DNA of 63,714 bases, counting the filler, from Rhabdomonas costata (Eukaryota): assembly GCA_019059605.1 (NCBI GenBank). It is 54 parts of 54 records of this genome, joined end to end, with 100 filler letters (N's around TTAATTAATTAA, not from the genome) between each part and the next. Parts side by side here need not be neighbours in the genome. Positions count along the whole stretch, not along the records: positions 11,821 to 12,902 come from JAHMHO010029558.1; positions 13,003 to 14,084 come from JAHMHO010029559.1; positions 14,185 to 15,262 come from JAHMHO010029560.1; positions 15,363 to 16,444 come from JAHMHO010029561.1; positions 16,545 to 17,626 come from JAHMHO010029562.1; positions 17,727 to 18,809 come from JAHMHO010029563.1; positions 18,910 to 19,991 come from JAHMHO010029564.1; positions 20,092 to 21,173 come from JAHMHO010029565.1; 46 more parts are not named here. The stretch is one strand, 5' to 3'. Shown one piece after another: positions 11,901 through 24,287 of this stretch. The notes under the pieces are model-generated. The model did not search any database, had not been told where the DNA came from, and was given only the letters and a program-made list of their open reading frames with translations. The first letter of the stretch is position 1; the number at the start of each line of letters is the position of its first letter. The translations under genes were made by a program, and so were the position numbers.

Positions 11901-14900
11901 CAAAGAATTGGCCGCAGTAGTTCTGGTGGCCTCGAAATGCTGAGAATGGTTATGTCCTTTGAGTCACCGGCTTGCTGTATGTTGGAAGAACACCCAAGTG
12001 CAATCTACTATCCCTCCCTGTTCATAAGCACATTCCGCTCCTGACCGAATGTACCGCTTTTCCCCCACAACTGCTGTGATGCGACAAAAATAAACTGGGA
12101 GGGAATTAACAAAAGAGCTGGGGTTCCTTGCTCTTGCGGAGAAAAGTAAACCACAGCACCCATATCTTACAAAACAACCTAACACAAACCAACTCAGACA
12201 TAAAGTAAGAGAGTCGCTCCCGAAATCGGCATCACAACTGGAAATACGTCACGTGTTGACTTCCACTGTTTACTTCAACTGAAATTAGACAGAGAGCACC
12301 ACAAGCTCCGCGGACTAATCACTTCACCACGGCCAAAGAAAACCGCAAGCTGGACAGCCGCTCGTCGCTGAGCCCGTCGCCGTGTGATCAGAAGGTAAAA
12401 TCGTTTAATGCGACTGAACGACTCGGCCACTGCCTGGTGCACCCGAGGGCTTTGAAGAGCACTCAAAATCATGTTTCCAGAACCCTCAATGGCAGCTTTC
12501 ATGGAGTGGAGCCCTTCAAGGGACGAAGGACCAAGGGATCGTGAGGTCCAACAGCTCGAACCCACTCAAAGTGCAAAAAGAATAAGTATACTCCACACAC
12601 ACAAACTCCAGCATACAGCATAGAAAACCACTACGCCACTGCTTGTGCCACCCTCCGCACCTGAGAAGGGGTTCCCTCCAAAGTCGCGGGCATCCCCTGT
12701 GTGCGACACAAGAACTACAGCGTCAAGCTTGGCACTGCCTTCAAGGAACCAAACCAGTCGCTTTGAAAGCTCTAATGTTCCTCGAATCAGGGTGCAAACT
12801 TAAGCTCACGGGTGCGCGGGGCAGTCGCGCCAATGAAAACAATTGGAAATCCATCCTTCCTACCGCACACATCTGCCCACTGCATGCTACTCACCCACAC
12901 ACNNNNNNNNNNNNNNNNNNNNNNNNNNNNNNNNNNNNNNNNNNNNTTAATTAATTAANNNNNNNNNNNNNNNNNNNNNNNNNNNNNNNNNNNNNNNNNN
13001 NNGCTGAGGCTGTACGGTGGGGGCAAACGGCAGGGGTTTCCCCCTTGCCGCCATGGCGGAGGGACCGGGGCGGTTGGTAGTAGGAAGTCGCGGTGGGTTG
13101 TCGACTGTAGGAGTGAGGTTCCGTGGGTTCATGCTTTGCGGGAAGGCCGCAGGAAAGGGATGTGGGGGAATGCTGGCAAGGATCACGGTCGGGGCAAACC
13201 GTGGAACGGTGCCTCCGCATGGATTGCGAGGCAGTCCTACCAGCGAGTTTCTGCACAGACGCAGCAGGAAAAAGACATGCACATAAACCCTCGGGCCTTG
13301 CCCGCTGTTGGAAACCCACGCCATTCACGAACAAATCCGTGGCAATCGAATGAATCGAATGGAAACCCGTCTCCACGAACCCCAAGCAAAAGCGCGTGCT
13401 TCCAGGGAAACCAGCGCAATCCCGTGTCTGTAGGAACTTCCCGCCCGACCTTCTACCCGTAAATGTGGTAAAAATGACAGCAGTGCCAGTCCCAGAAGGC
13501 CGCCGCTGCTGTTTCAAATAAAAAATGGACAAAATGAGACCACCGTTCGATCGGAAATCTCTTTTGAAATCCCTTTTGGCCGTTCACCTCCCATTATAAC
13601 TGTCAGTCCACGCAGAGTGACACCAGCAAAGGCCACCCACACTTCGCATCACGGGAGAGAATAGAGGGACCCCCACTACGAATATCTCACGCAGACCCAT
13701 CCCCTCGAAACACCACGATGAACCACAACCTTCCATTTGGAAGAGAAAAACCACCACCTTACCTGGTTTGGCTTCTCCGCGCATTTTTTTTTGCACTGTG
13801 CAATTCAGGCTTCGTCCACAAACAAAAGCGCAAAATGTGATGAAACCTTCAGAATACATGCACTGGAAAGCGGAGCCGGAAAGGCTGCAGCAAACCTTCG
13901 AAGGAGTACGGCGAGTGGACAAACCGGTTCGTCATTCTGTGGAACAGCGCTTGCAAAGGGAGCGAGAGAGCAGTGGTCTGCAGATCCCAGAATAGAGTGT
14001 GTCGCAATCGTTCTATCAGCTCAGAAGGGCATGCACATCAAGCAGATCCGGGTCGGCGTTGCGACCTGAGGTGGGGTAATCAAANNNNNNNNNNNNNNNN
14101 NNNNNNNNNNNNNNNNNNNNNNNNNNNNTTAATTAATTAANNNNNNNNNNNNNNNNNNNNNNNNNNNNNNNNNNNNNNNNNNNNTGTGTGATGTCTGGGA
14201 CTGCGTGCCCAGCCTTGGCAACCGTCCTTGCTCTGGTCATTTCGAACGGCACACAAACGCGCGCGCACACGCACACACACAAGCCAATCAGGCAACCACC
14301 ACCGCGCTGTGCTTGCCACATAAACAACCGACCACCTACACTAAGTATTAGCAGTACGTAGTACTCACTGATGTTTACCAGTTGTGCTCGTTTGCGACTT
14401 TTTCCCATTTGAGTTTTCCTTGCCTTTCTGTGACTGTCCCCAAGACATTTTTTCGCCTGACTGCGAAGTTTCTTTCATTTTCATGCCTCTCATCTGCCCT
14501 CCGTTCCTGGTTAAGATGTTTTCTTTTGCCAACCTTTCTCAGCTTCTCTTTCCAATTTTCAGTACATCTAATAGTTGTGCTCTTCTTTGCGAATGAATGT
14601 CTGTTGTTTATCTCAGTGCTCCCACCAACACCGCAGCATTTCTACGCACACGACCTTTCTTTCCCCTTGTTCTCCCGACATGCTGACTTGCTTTTCAAGC
14701 TCTCCTTCCTTGTTTGTGCCCGATTATCTTTTTCTGAAACACACTGTTTGACCGGTAATTTTATTACAAAGTCCATCTCTCTTTTCGTGGAGGGAGCAGT
14801 TGTGGGGTTATGCTTATTCCCTTGTGTGTTTGCCGACCCGATGTCACATAGGTATGCGAAGGCCGCTGGAAATACCTACCTCGTTACGCCTTAAAATGCC

Positions 14901-15869
14901 GCTAGGTTGGCGCGTATGCTTTTGACATGCTTCAAACGTTCTCATGTTACTGAGGCTAATAAGCGCGTGTTTTGAGTTATCGATATATGCAAACTTAGCT
15001 CCAAGAGCCGTGTCGTAATTTTTGTTGCCGCAGCAACGGGCGTGGTAATCAGCGGATTGCGATCATAGTTGTTGTCCCACAAAACTATCGGAAGGAAACC
15101 AAAACCTTGCACCGACTTTCTGGCCGCAACTGCTTGTGTTCGGTCCCCCACACCGTGTAAACAACGTGCTGTACGTTTTTCAGCTCTTTCAGAGATATAC
15201 CGATGTCCTCGGGATGTTTGAGTGACCGTAATGGTAGTTTTTTTGCTTCTTACTGGCATGGGNNNNNNNNNNNNNNNNNNNNNNNNNNNNNNNNNNNNNN
15301 NNNNNNTTAATTAATTAANNNNNNNNNNNNNNNNNNNNNNNNNNNNNNNNNNNNNNNNNNNNGGTGGGGGGTGTGAGTGACCTTTTGCCTGTAGGCTGGA
15401 GCAGAGGTGCTTTGCTCCAACTTTTGTATATCACTGCTGACTATCCTTCTTTTTTGTTTGCCCTTTGCCCAGGGAGTATCCCTAGCAGCGTCCTCGTCGG
15501 CTGTGAAGGACGACGTCGAGGAGGCTTCGCTCGCCGACGACGAGGAAGAGCCTGGCATGTGTAGTGGCACATGCCCACCACCAGGCCCACGTCCCCGAAT
15601 TTCGACATTGTCAAGGCACGAAATGAACGGATAATGATGCTCTGACATATGCGACAAGGCAAGCCGTGGATTCCTTTTGTCGCTGTATTAATTTGCTGTT
15701 CGATGCTGAGTAATGCAGGGCATATTCGTTCCTCATCGCTCTGGCTCATTGATACTGCCTTCTTCTTCCTGTCTAGTTCATTATTATCATTATCATTATC
15801 TTATTGGTGTTGGCTCATAAACGTCTTTTAACAAGTCCGAAACAGTTGATTCCGCGTTTATTTCAGCAG

Positions 15870-16116
15870 TGTGCGAAGTCAAAACGGCTTGCGAATCGCC
15901 AGTTTCTACTCAAATGTCATACGAGGAACTGTTCGTGAGGGGCTACCCAAACCTTGCGGCGACCCAGACACACGCACCGACTTTGCATACCAACCCGTTG
16001 CTTCTTTGTTTGGTCCGGCAGATGTGAACACCAAGCTGAAGGAGTTGAAGGCTCAGCTGCATCGGTCGATAGAGCAGAAGCGGAAGGAGATTGACGAGAT
16101 GGGCTTCGAAGACGTG
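15870..16116 (+). CDS. Internal exon, uncharacterised coiled-coil protein
   Basis: Open frame ...VNTKLKELKAQLHRSIEQKRKEIDEMGFEDV lies between tttcagcag and the donor GTGCGC at 16117. Confidence 0.5.
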
Positions 16117-16783
16117 GTGCGCGTCCGCATCCGGTGCCTGGGGTTGGGTTTCGTATCGCTGCAACATAGTTTGGAGGCGATGCGCAATTTTTCTACGTAA
16201 TTTTTCGGCTCTTATGCTGATTACATTCAATTACTGCAATGGAATGTAATCACACAGTGCAAGTCATGAATACAATGTTTTGAATGCATTGTTACCCTGG
16301 ACTTTCCACCCTTTCTTCGATATTATCAGTTCCTACCCTATCCGCTCCCCAATGCATCCCACACCCACGCACACATTTTTTGTATGTTCACATACTGCCT
16401 CACCCTCACCCCAAGTCTTCATTAGCGTAGTTACACTACCCCCANNNNNNNNNNNNNNNNNNNNNNNNNNNNNNNNNNNNNNNNNNNNTTAATTAATTAA
16501 NNNNNNNNNNNNNNNNNNNNNNNNNNNNNNNNNNNNNNNNNNNNGTTTTGGTGTGACACCTGTCCCATTTTACCGCTGTATAAGTTACTGAACGACCGCA
16601 TCACTTGATAAAGGAACCTTAACACTCCCTTCAATTTTAAGTAGGTTTTATTTTAAAAAAAAGTATTGCATGTGCATCTGTTCATCGCGCCGCGGTCTGC
16701 GCTCAACATTTGTATACATGTGTCTCTATGCGATGCGAGACCGGGGTCGTCTCTGTTTTTTCCGTCGTTGCAAATCAATTCAG

Positions 16784-17543
16784 GTTTTTCTCTTCGCTGG
16801 CGAATTGGGAGAAGTACCTCAGCTTTGCGAAGGAGAAGGGATACCCTGTGGTGGTGTTCTTCCTGGAGGACGGTGTGCATTCAATCAGAACCGGGGGGTT
16901 AGGGGTTGGGTATTTTCCGACACGGGATTAGTGATGCGTTAGCGTCGTTTCTGAATCCTTAGCATCGGCTGCGGGGACGATAGGGGAATTGGATGGTATG
17001 TTGCCACCCCCCCCCCAAAAAAATGCAGATGCCTCACGTGTATTGTACGCTGCAATGTATGGGTGAGTCTGGATGGCTGCTGTGCCCCTGCAGTGCCGAA
17101 TGCCCTCACCGCGGCGCAGCAGCAGCGGTTGCGGGCCCTGGCTCCCTCGCTGACGCTGGAGTTTTACCCCGTGCGGCACGTTGTCCCAGAGCGGTGTGCT
17201 TCTGGCGGCGCCGCTTGTGAGCCTTTTGCTAAGACTGTTTATGACCCACAAGAATGGCATGTTACCTACAATCGAAGCACCCAATCGCTGTATCCAAAAG
17301 CTGTTCTCTTACGGAGCGTGGTGAGTTACGTATGAGCAGGGATTCTTTTTCTTCAGTTGCAAAAAGTTGTAAAACAAAATTTGCATAAAAAAGAATCCCT
17401 GCTTTGTGGTTTCGTGGCTACGCTTTGGTGATTTGTGGATGACATTTGTGTACGGGGGGTTTCGGCCTCAGGTTTCGGCCTCTCCTGAAGCAGATCTTGG
17501 AGGAGCAGCAGCCCAAGCGGGGCCTGGGCTACATCTTCTGCAG
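16784..17543 (+). CDS. Three phase-compatible exons (16784-16872, 17094-17193, 17472-17543) of a GT15 (Kre2/Mnt1)-like glycosyltransferase
   Basis: Spliced: FFSSLANWEKYLSFAKEKGYPVVVFFLED-V-PNALTAAQQQRLRALAPSLTLEFYPVRHVVPE-R-FRPLLKQ...GLGYIFCR. The YPVxxF, EF..P and GY..CR motifs follow GT15 order. Introns are GT-AG. Confidence 0.5.
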
Positions 17544-18736
17544 GTCTCGCGCTACGTCTTTTTCCGTGGAACAGCGAACACGAGGCGAGAGCAAAGAAAA
17601 TAGGACGAAACAACAAACCAAAAAACNNNNNNNNNNNNNNNNNNNNNNNNNNNNNNNNNNNNNNNNNNNNTTAATTAATTAANNNNNNNNNNNNNNNNNN
17701 NNNNNNNNNNNNNNNNNNNNNNNNNNGGGTTGGCATGCTGCAGCTGATCGCCGGGCAACAAGACGGACAGGCCACCTCCCATGGTCACAGCTTCCAACAG
17801 CAGAACCCTTCCGTGCATCCCTTGGATGCCCCGGGAGGCACTCCCGAGTGTGTTTGTGTGTGCTTCTATGTCATCCAGCGTGGACTTCTGAGTGCTGGTT
17901 GGTTGAAAAAGGGTCAATAATGGGATCTGGCGACGTAACCGGTTCGAGAACGAGTTGGTCTAATTTCGTTCTACCTTGCGACATCTTTTGATGTGTCAAA
18001 GTATGGGGTTTTTTCTAGCATTGCTTGCCTGCGTTGCATTGAAAATAACGGCTTTAGGTCATCTCATAGAGTAATTGTTTCTAGTTATGTTATGAAGTCC
18101 TCACCAAGCACAGAGAGAATTTCACGTTCAGTGGTGCAAAAGAGAGAGAGAGAGAGAGATAACACTGCACTTACGCAAACCACTTTTATGAAACTAAAGA
18201 CTGCAGGGCACATCAGTTTAATTGAAATACAATGTTTAGTACATTGATTGATATTGATGGCTAAAGTTACATGATGTAAAATCACGCTGCAGGCCTTCCT
18301 CAGGTCACTTCCAAGTCACCCCGCTGCGATCCACTGAGGGGGGGGGGATTGCTGCACAGGAAGCAGCAGAACGTGGGCCGTACCCCTGAGACCCATGCCA
18401 GAGTTAGTGATGCCATTGTCGCTGAGAGTATTGGAAAGGGCGCTGGCCTTCGCCTAGCCGCCCAAGGGAATTTCTCAGGCATTTTTGTGCGGTTTTTACG
18501 TTCCCATGTTCCCCTCGCCCTTCCCTTTGAATTGGGTGATTTGGGAGGCGCTGTCTTTCTTTTGAGTGTTCGTTTGAAATGGAAAATATGAGACTGATCA
18601 CAAAACACTGGTCCAAGAACATCCCTTCCACCTAACTTGCGCACACTTTCTTGTTCGCTTGTTCGTCTTCTCATCGCATAAACGTACACAATTGCGAACA
18701 ACCAAACACACCTAATCCGAAGTCAGAGAAGAACAA

Positions 18737-18802
18737 GCACACGCACACGCACACGCACACGCACACGCACACGCACACGCACACGCACACGCACACGCAC
18801 AC
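18737..18802 (+). repeat. (GCACAC)n microsatellite
   Basis: 11 tandem hexamers read directly. Confidence 0.95.
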
Positions 18803-18911
18803 CACAACANNNNNNNNNNNNNNNNNNNNNNNNNNNNNNNNNNNNNNNNNNNNTTAATTAATTAANNNNNNNNNNNNNNNNNNNNNNNNNNNNNNNNNNN
18901 NNNNNNNNNCC

Positions 18912-19893
18912 TTGAAAAAATGGATCAATGCCGCCCTGAATTTAATTTCTTCTTTGTCGGGGTTAAGTGATGTTTCTGTAGCTTCTGCAACTATTGGTGA
19001 ATTTTTACAATATAACGGCTCAAAATGGATTAATACTAGTATAACATTGATTAAAAATTTAGCCGGTTTGGAGGATTGCTCTATACCCTCATCTTCTGAT
19101 AATCAACTGTTACAGTATGTGTCTGGTGCCTGGACTAATACAACATTTAATGCAACATTGGATGGTTTATAAGATGTCGAAATATCTAATCCATTGAAAG
19201 ATCAAGCGATCGTGTACAATGGTAATACATGGACTAATCCAACATAATCACTTTCACAAACAAATATATTAAGGTATTAATAACTTGGTTCCCAACTAAT
19301 CTGTTTGTAAATGGTTATCAAACACTACAAATACAACCAGAAAACACAAAAACATTATTCGCTTGTGATAATGATAGACCTGCTGACTTTCGACACGTCA
19401 TCATTATGCCCGATATGGCAAAACTTACTAATGGTTTCGCGTTTTATGTTGTTTTAAAAAACCAACTGTTGGGTGTCACACTTACTTTTACCCATACATG
19501 CCCTATATGGACAGCACATGATTTATTTTAAAGGACAATCTAACAACATTTGTTCAACCTGATGAACAACTCAGAGATACTACTTGTTTATTATAGTGCG
19601 CTGCCAAATTACGGTACACAAGGTTTAGGATTACAGATATAATGCAAATACTCCAATACCAGATTTTTGTAAATGCAGTCTTTTTTGTTGGATCTTTTGC
19701 ACTATTAACAGCATTCCCCTTTTCAGTGTCTGGCGTATATAAAAATGGTCAGACATTCCGTATAGTTGATAAAAACGGCGCAATGGGTAATACTAGTATT
19801 GTATTGTGTAAAGGGAGTAATAATAAAATTGAAAGTTCACAAATCGGAAATGTATATACTATATTAAATAAATGTATCCTATTAAGGGAATAA
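18912..19893 (+). pseudogene. Decayed virus-type fibre/adhesin gene on an AT-rich contig
   Basis: Three tandem repeats of the form LxGLxDV...Q/E-x-L-x-Y-x-G-xx-W-x-N. An in-frame TAA lies at 19170-19172 and frameshifts follow. The last piece GQTFRIVDKNGAMGNTSIVL..GSNNKIE resembles a fibre-tip beta domain. Confidence 0.55.
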
Positions 19894-21636
19894 TAAAATC
19901 TCTTTTGATAATATAGAATGCCCCTTGATTATTATACTACTATGGATTTAGTCGAGAATCTAAAAGTCATGATTGCGTCTAAACAACAAAANNNNNNNNN
20001 NNNNNNNNNNNNNNNNNNNNNNNNNNNNNNNNNNNTTAATTAATTAANNNNNNNNNNNNNNNNNNNNNNNNNNNNNNNNNNNNNNNNNNNNTGTTTTTTG
20101 GTCTTACTTGGACCTGCGGACGGTCCAAGAAGTCTTCATCCAGAAACGCGAAGTCATTTCTGATATTGAGAGAATATATATTTAAACACATTGAACGTAA
20201 GAGCCAATATTTCTTCCCCTGTACTTTGGTTCGCTGCCTTTGTTCAAAACTGCAACCCGCGAGCGCTAAAAGCCCATGACCGGCGGGGACAAATTGCAGT
20301 CCATGGGCCTGGCGGGCGCCCCACATCTATGCAAAGGAAGAACACAACAAATTTAGCTTGGAAGCTTTACTACGTTTTTAAATACTTTCCTGCGGTCACT
20401 TGCAATAACCTACCCAACTTCACTCGCCGCGCTGCGTGCTGCAAACGACACCCCAGCAACCATTGAGCAACTCTTCAGCTGCCATTTGACGACGGATTAC
20501 AGTTCCTTCAGCCTCAGCCACGGGCGCCTCCTGCACCGCATTCCACAACCGCAGCCACTACTCCGTTCCACTTAGCCACTGGCACGACACCAACTCAGCG
20601 TCAGTGGCAAGCCCCGGCGGCGGTCGATGCCCCTCAGCTATCAAGTGTGGATTTCGGCCACTGTGGTATGGGGGAAGCTGAGGGGGCGCCTACACCATTC
20701 ATGCCCCTCCTTGCGGCCTCGGAAGCGGTATTTTACGCAGTAGGGATGTCGTGATCTTCTGGGCTGCCCTGGTGGGTTGAGTAGGATGGAGGTGTCAGGA
20801 TGCGGTAGGGAGAGTGGTGATGTACTTGGGTTACATTGAGTGTTTCTAGCTGTCATGAATCGGCGTAGGGATGGAGGCAGGTATCAACATTTCTGTGCTT
20901 CTACTCCGGAACTATTGGAAACAAACGTAAACTCACATGTACACAGAAATGAAAGAAAACTTCAAGCACGTCTATTTAGTCCATTTTTACATCCAAACAG
21001 TCCATTTCATCTTCTAATCCAAAAGGCGAGATTAAATGCTTGACTTCTAAACTATGCCTCCGACACTACACTCAAGCTGCCTCCTACTCTTGTAATCGCT
21101 GGTGTTTTCTGTAATGCGTCCGCTTCTCATTCTGGTGCTGGTGCTGCTGCTGCTCGAAAGGCACTCCACCAACNNNNNNNNNNNNNNNNNNNNNNNNNNN
21201 NNNNNNNNNNNNNNNNNTTAATTAATTAANNNNNNNNNNNNNNNNNNNNNNNNNNNNNNNNNNNNNNNNNNNNTTGTTTGGGGCAGGGTCGGTTTGTCTG
21301 TGTGTGTGTGTGTGAAGATCCTATGGGTTGAGGGCCACTTATGGGCCATTTTGGGGGTGTTTTGGGGCTCTTTTTGCTTTTACACAGGCTTGAAGGGCCT
21401 TGCTTTATCCTCAACTTGGGCTTGATAAGAGAAACAACTGTAGGCTGTCCGCCCGCCTGCACGCTGGTGTGCCAGCACTGATTGTTATTCATATTGACGT
21501 TGGTGAAGGTGAAAACAATGTGCAGCGCGTATTTATCTTCTGACAAAATGCCCATACTCAAGAACAAGTGGACGGCCTGGAAAAACACCCCTTTTGCGCG
21601 ATGAAAAACCTCGGACATTCCCAACGATGCGTATAG

Positions 21637-22113
21637 CCGCCGCCGTCGAGGTGAGAGTTCCTCAAGGCGCTGCTGGCGAGGGCGAGGAAGAGGAGGCCGA
21701 GCTTCGGCGGAAGGTCGCGGAGGCGGAGGTGCGGCTGGCCGCTCTGCAGCGGCAGCACCAGGACCTCGAGGCGGCGCACATTACGGCGCAGAAGATGAGC
21801 CAGGAGCGGAAGAAGGCCATCGAACAGTACATCAAGGTGCGCCTGCGCGTGCGCGCTTTCCTATTTAGTGGGTTGCACAGCATTGCTGTGAGAACTTGTC
21901 TGTAGCACCGAGTTGTCTCTTCCACCGCCAACTGTCTGCTTGGGGGGTGGTTCTCAGAATGAGAAGTACTACGAGCAGAGGGTGACCGAGCTGGAAGCAG
22001 AGGTCTCGTCTTGGCGCAGCCGCTTCGACTCGCTCTTCAGCGATGCCTCCACTAAGCTGGAGCTCGCCAACAAGGAGATCGATGACGGCCTTGCCCGCAC
22101 CAGGGACTTGAGG
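21637..22113 (+). CDS. Two exons (~21637-21836, 21958-22113) of a long coiled-coil protein
   Basis: GC3-rich heptad-like frames. Donors GTGCGC at 21837 and 22114, acceptor ttctcag|AAT, phase-0 join. Confidence 0.7.
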
Positions 22114-23815
22114 GTGCGCTCCTCCCACTGGCATCACGTTTCACAAGCTATATTACGGGGTGTACCACCAGAATGAGAACAGCACACCGGAGGACACTAC
22201 AATAGTTTTTTTTCGGGGGTGCCTTTTAGGAGCACACCCACGGTTATTTTCGGATGGGCCCGCAAGTTTGGAATCTGGCAAACGAGGGGTGTTTGCCTGC
22301 CTTTCCCCTAATGTTTTTCCATTCCGGCAATCGACGAGTCTTCCCAACACACAACNNNNNNNNNNNNNNNNNNNNNNNNNNNNNNNNNNNNNNNNNNNNT
22401 TAATTAATTAANNNNNNNNNNNNNNNNNNNNNNNNNNNNNNNNNNNNNNNNNNNNTTTGGACATGGATGGCTGAGAAAAATCCCTCTTGATTGTGCTCTG
22501 CTGAAACCAAAACCCAGTTGTTTCAACCTGACCTTAAATGTCCCTTCTGGTCTTGTCACCTGGTCTGTACGGACGCCGGGTCCGGCCGCAGCAAGAGGCT
22601 GGCTCGACTGGGCCCACGGCTGAGCCACGGGCGGTGCGTGGTCCGCCGGCGGGCAACAAGACGAAGCCGCGACGGACGGGGCCTCATGCACACAGGGGAG
22701 ACCAGGGGTAGCCGTTCTCTACGAGAAACCATACGAGGAGCATAGAAGAGTTGTTGTTTGATAGCAACACATGTTTTGCGGAAACGCGGAAACAGTGGGC
22801 ATGATCTTTGGGCATCAGATGGTCGTTGGACTGGTGAGTCAGTTCGTGTGTGTGTGCGTGTGTGCGTCTGCTGAAGTCTGCCATCGCCGAAACTCCAACT
22901 CCCCCCCCCCAAAAAAAAGATTCGCTTGTGCGCCTCCTCTGGAAATTCTTCGCTGAAGGCCTCAGCACACCGCAAAGCTTCCTTTTCTGCCCGCTCACTG
23001 TGTCCCGCAGTCTCTACTTTCCTGGGCATCCTATCACCCTTCCGCTTCACTGGGCACGGGCACTCGCTGAATAGAAGCATATACACAAGAAACAATTTAA
23101 ACAGTTCAAGAGAACATAAAAAGAACTGCCGCCCTAATCGTAAAATAAAACGGAACGCACAACACAACACACGCAAAAAAAAAACGGGGCCCACCGCCAA
23201 GGTATCTGATAGTTCCCAAAGCCCAATGTTCAATGTTTCTCAAAGTATTTCTTGGAAGGAGTTCAACTCACCTCAGTAAGGTCCTGTTTCCGTCGTCGTA
23301 CCTGGAGGTGGCCTGCCTCAAAGGCGGCTTGACCCGCTCCTGTTCCGGGCACTGATGGGCCGGCTGCGACTGCTGGTGGAGCCTCGCTGGCAGAACGGCC
23401 TGGGGGCATCCAATGATAGGGGGCAACTGAGCGGGCTTCTGAGGGCGCACTGCTTCCCACCACAGGAGTTGCACCAGACAGGCCAGAGCGGCTCACCTAA
23501 TGAGTCAACATACCGCCCCGCTTCCCCCCAACCAACCNNNNNNNNNNNNNNNNNNNNNNNNNNNNNNNNNNNNNNNNNNNNTTAATTAATTAANNNNNNN
23601 NNNNNNNNNNNNNNNNNNNNNNNNNNNNNNNNNNNNNATGAAAGCAAACGACTGCTGAAAAGGCCGAACCCGGCTTTTTGTGCCGGCATGCCTGTTGACA
23701 AGAGGGCAATTCAAACACACTGGAAAACGTTTAGTGGGAATGAGATGAGCAAAATGGAGTTCTGTCCAGTGTGAACAGGTATGTTGGCCTCGCTCTTGCG
23801 CTTTCACACACATAG

Positions 23816-24287
23816 TGGGACGGCTGACCTCTCAGAAGGACCGCCTGCGATCCGTCGCGGAGCAGCTGGGGGGAACTCTGCAGAGCTGTGAGCGCTTCCT
23901 GGCGGACTCCTCGGGCACGGACCTCCTGCGCAGCAAGGCTAAGGTGCTGAATCGACTGAAGGTTTGCCAAAGGGCTTTTGTCCCGCACCCCTTTCTTCCA
24001 CGTTTCGCAGTCAGCATTGCACAGCACCTTCGGCGTTTCGTACCCCACCGTTTTAAATCCTCACCCGTATGCCGGACCCAAACTCAGCTGTTTTATGGTA
24101 AACGTTTGCTGCTACCCTTTGCTCAGGGCTTGCTTTATTCTCCCCTCGCACCAGAGCCTCACGGAGGTGCCTTTCCCGCAAGTTACTGCGGAGCCACTGG
24201 GATTCGAGTTTGTGGCCTGCACGGAGATGGAGGAACTGCTCCGCACTCTGGAATGCGTTCGCCGGGTGGTGCCACTGGAGGCCGCAG
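23816..24287 (+). CDS. Two exons (23816-23961, 24155-24287) of a coiled-coil protein resembling the B-box C-terminal region of TRIM-like proteins
   Basis: RLTSQKDRLRSVAEQLGGTLQSCERFL...DLLRSKAKVLNRLK|SLTEVPFPQV. Donor GTTTGC, acceptor caccag, phase 0. Confidence 0.5.

Noticed and set aside
19170..19172. In-frame TAA at an E/S-equivalent repeat position, suggesting stop-codon reassignment
   Set aside because: Downstream sequence also needs frameshifts, and other genes in the window end normally in TAA, TAG or TGA. Decay or error is simpler.
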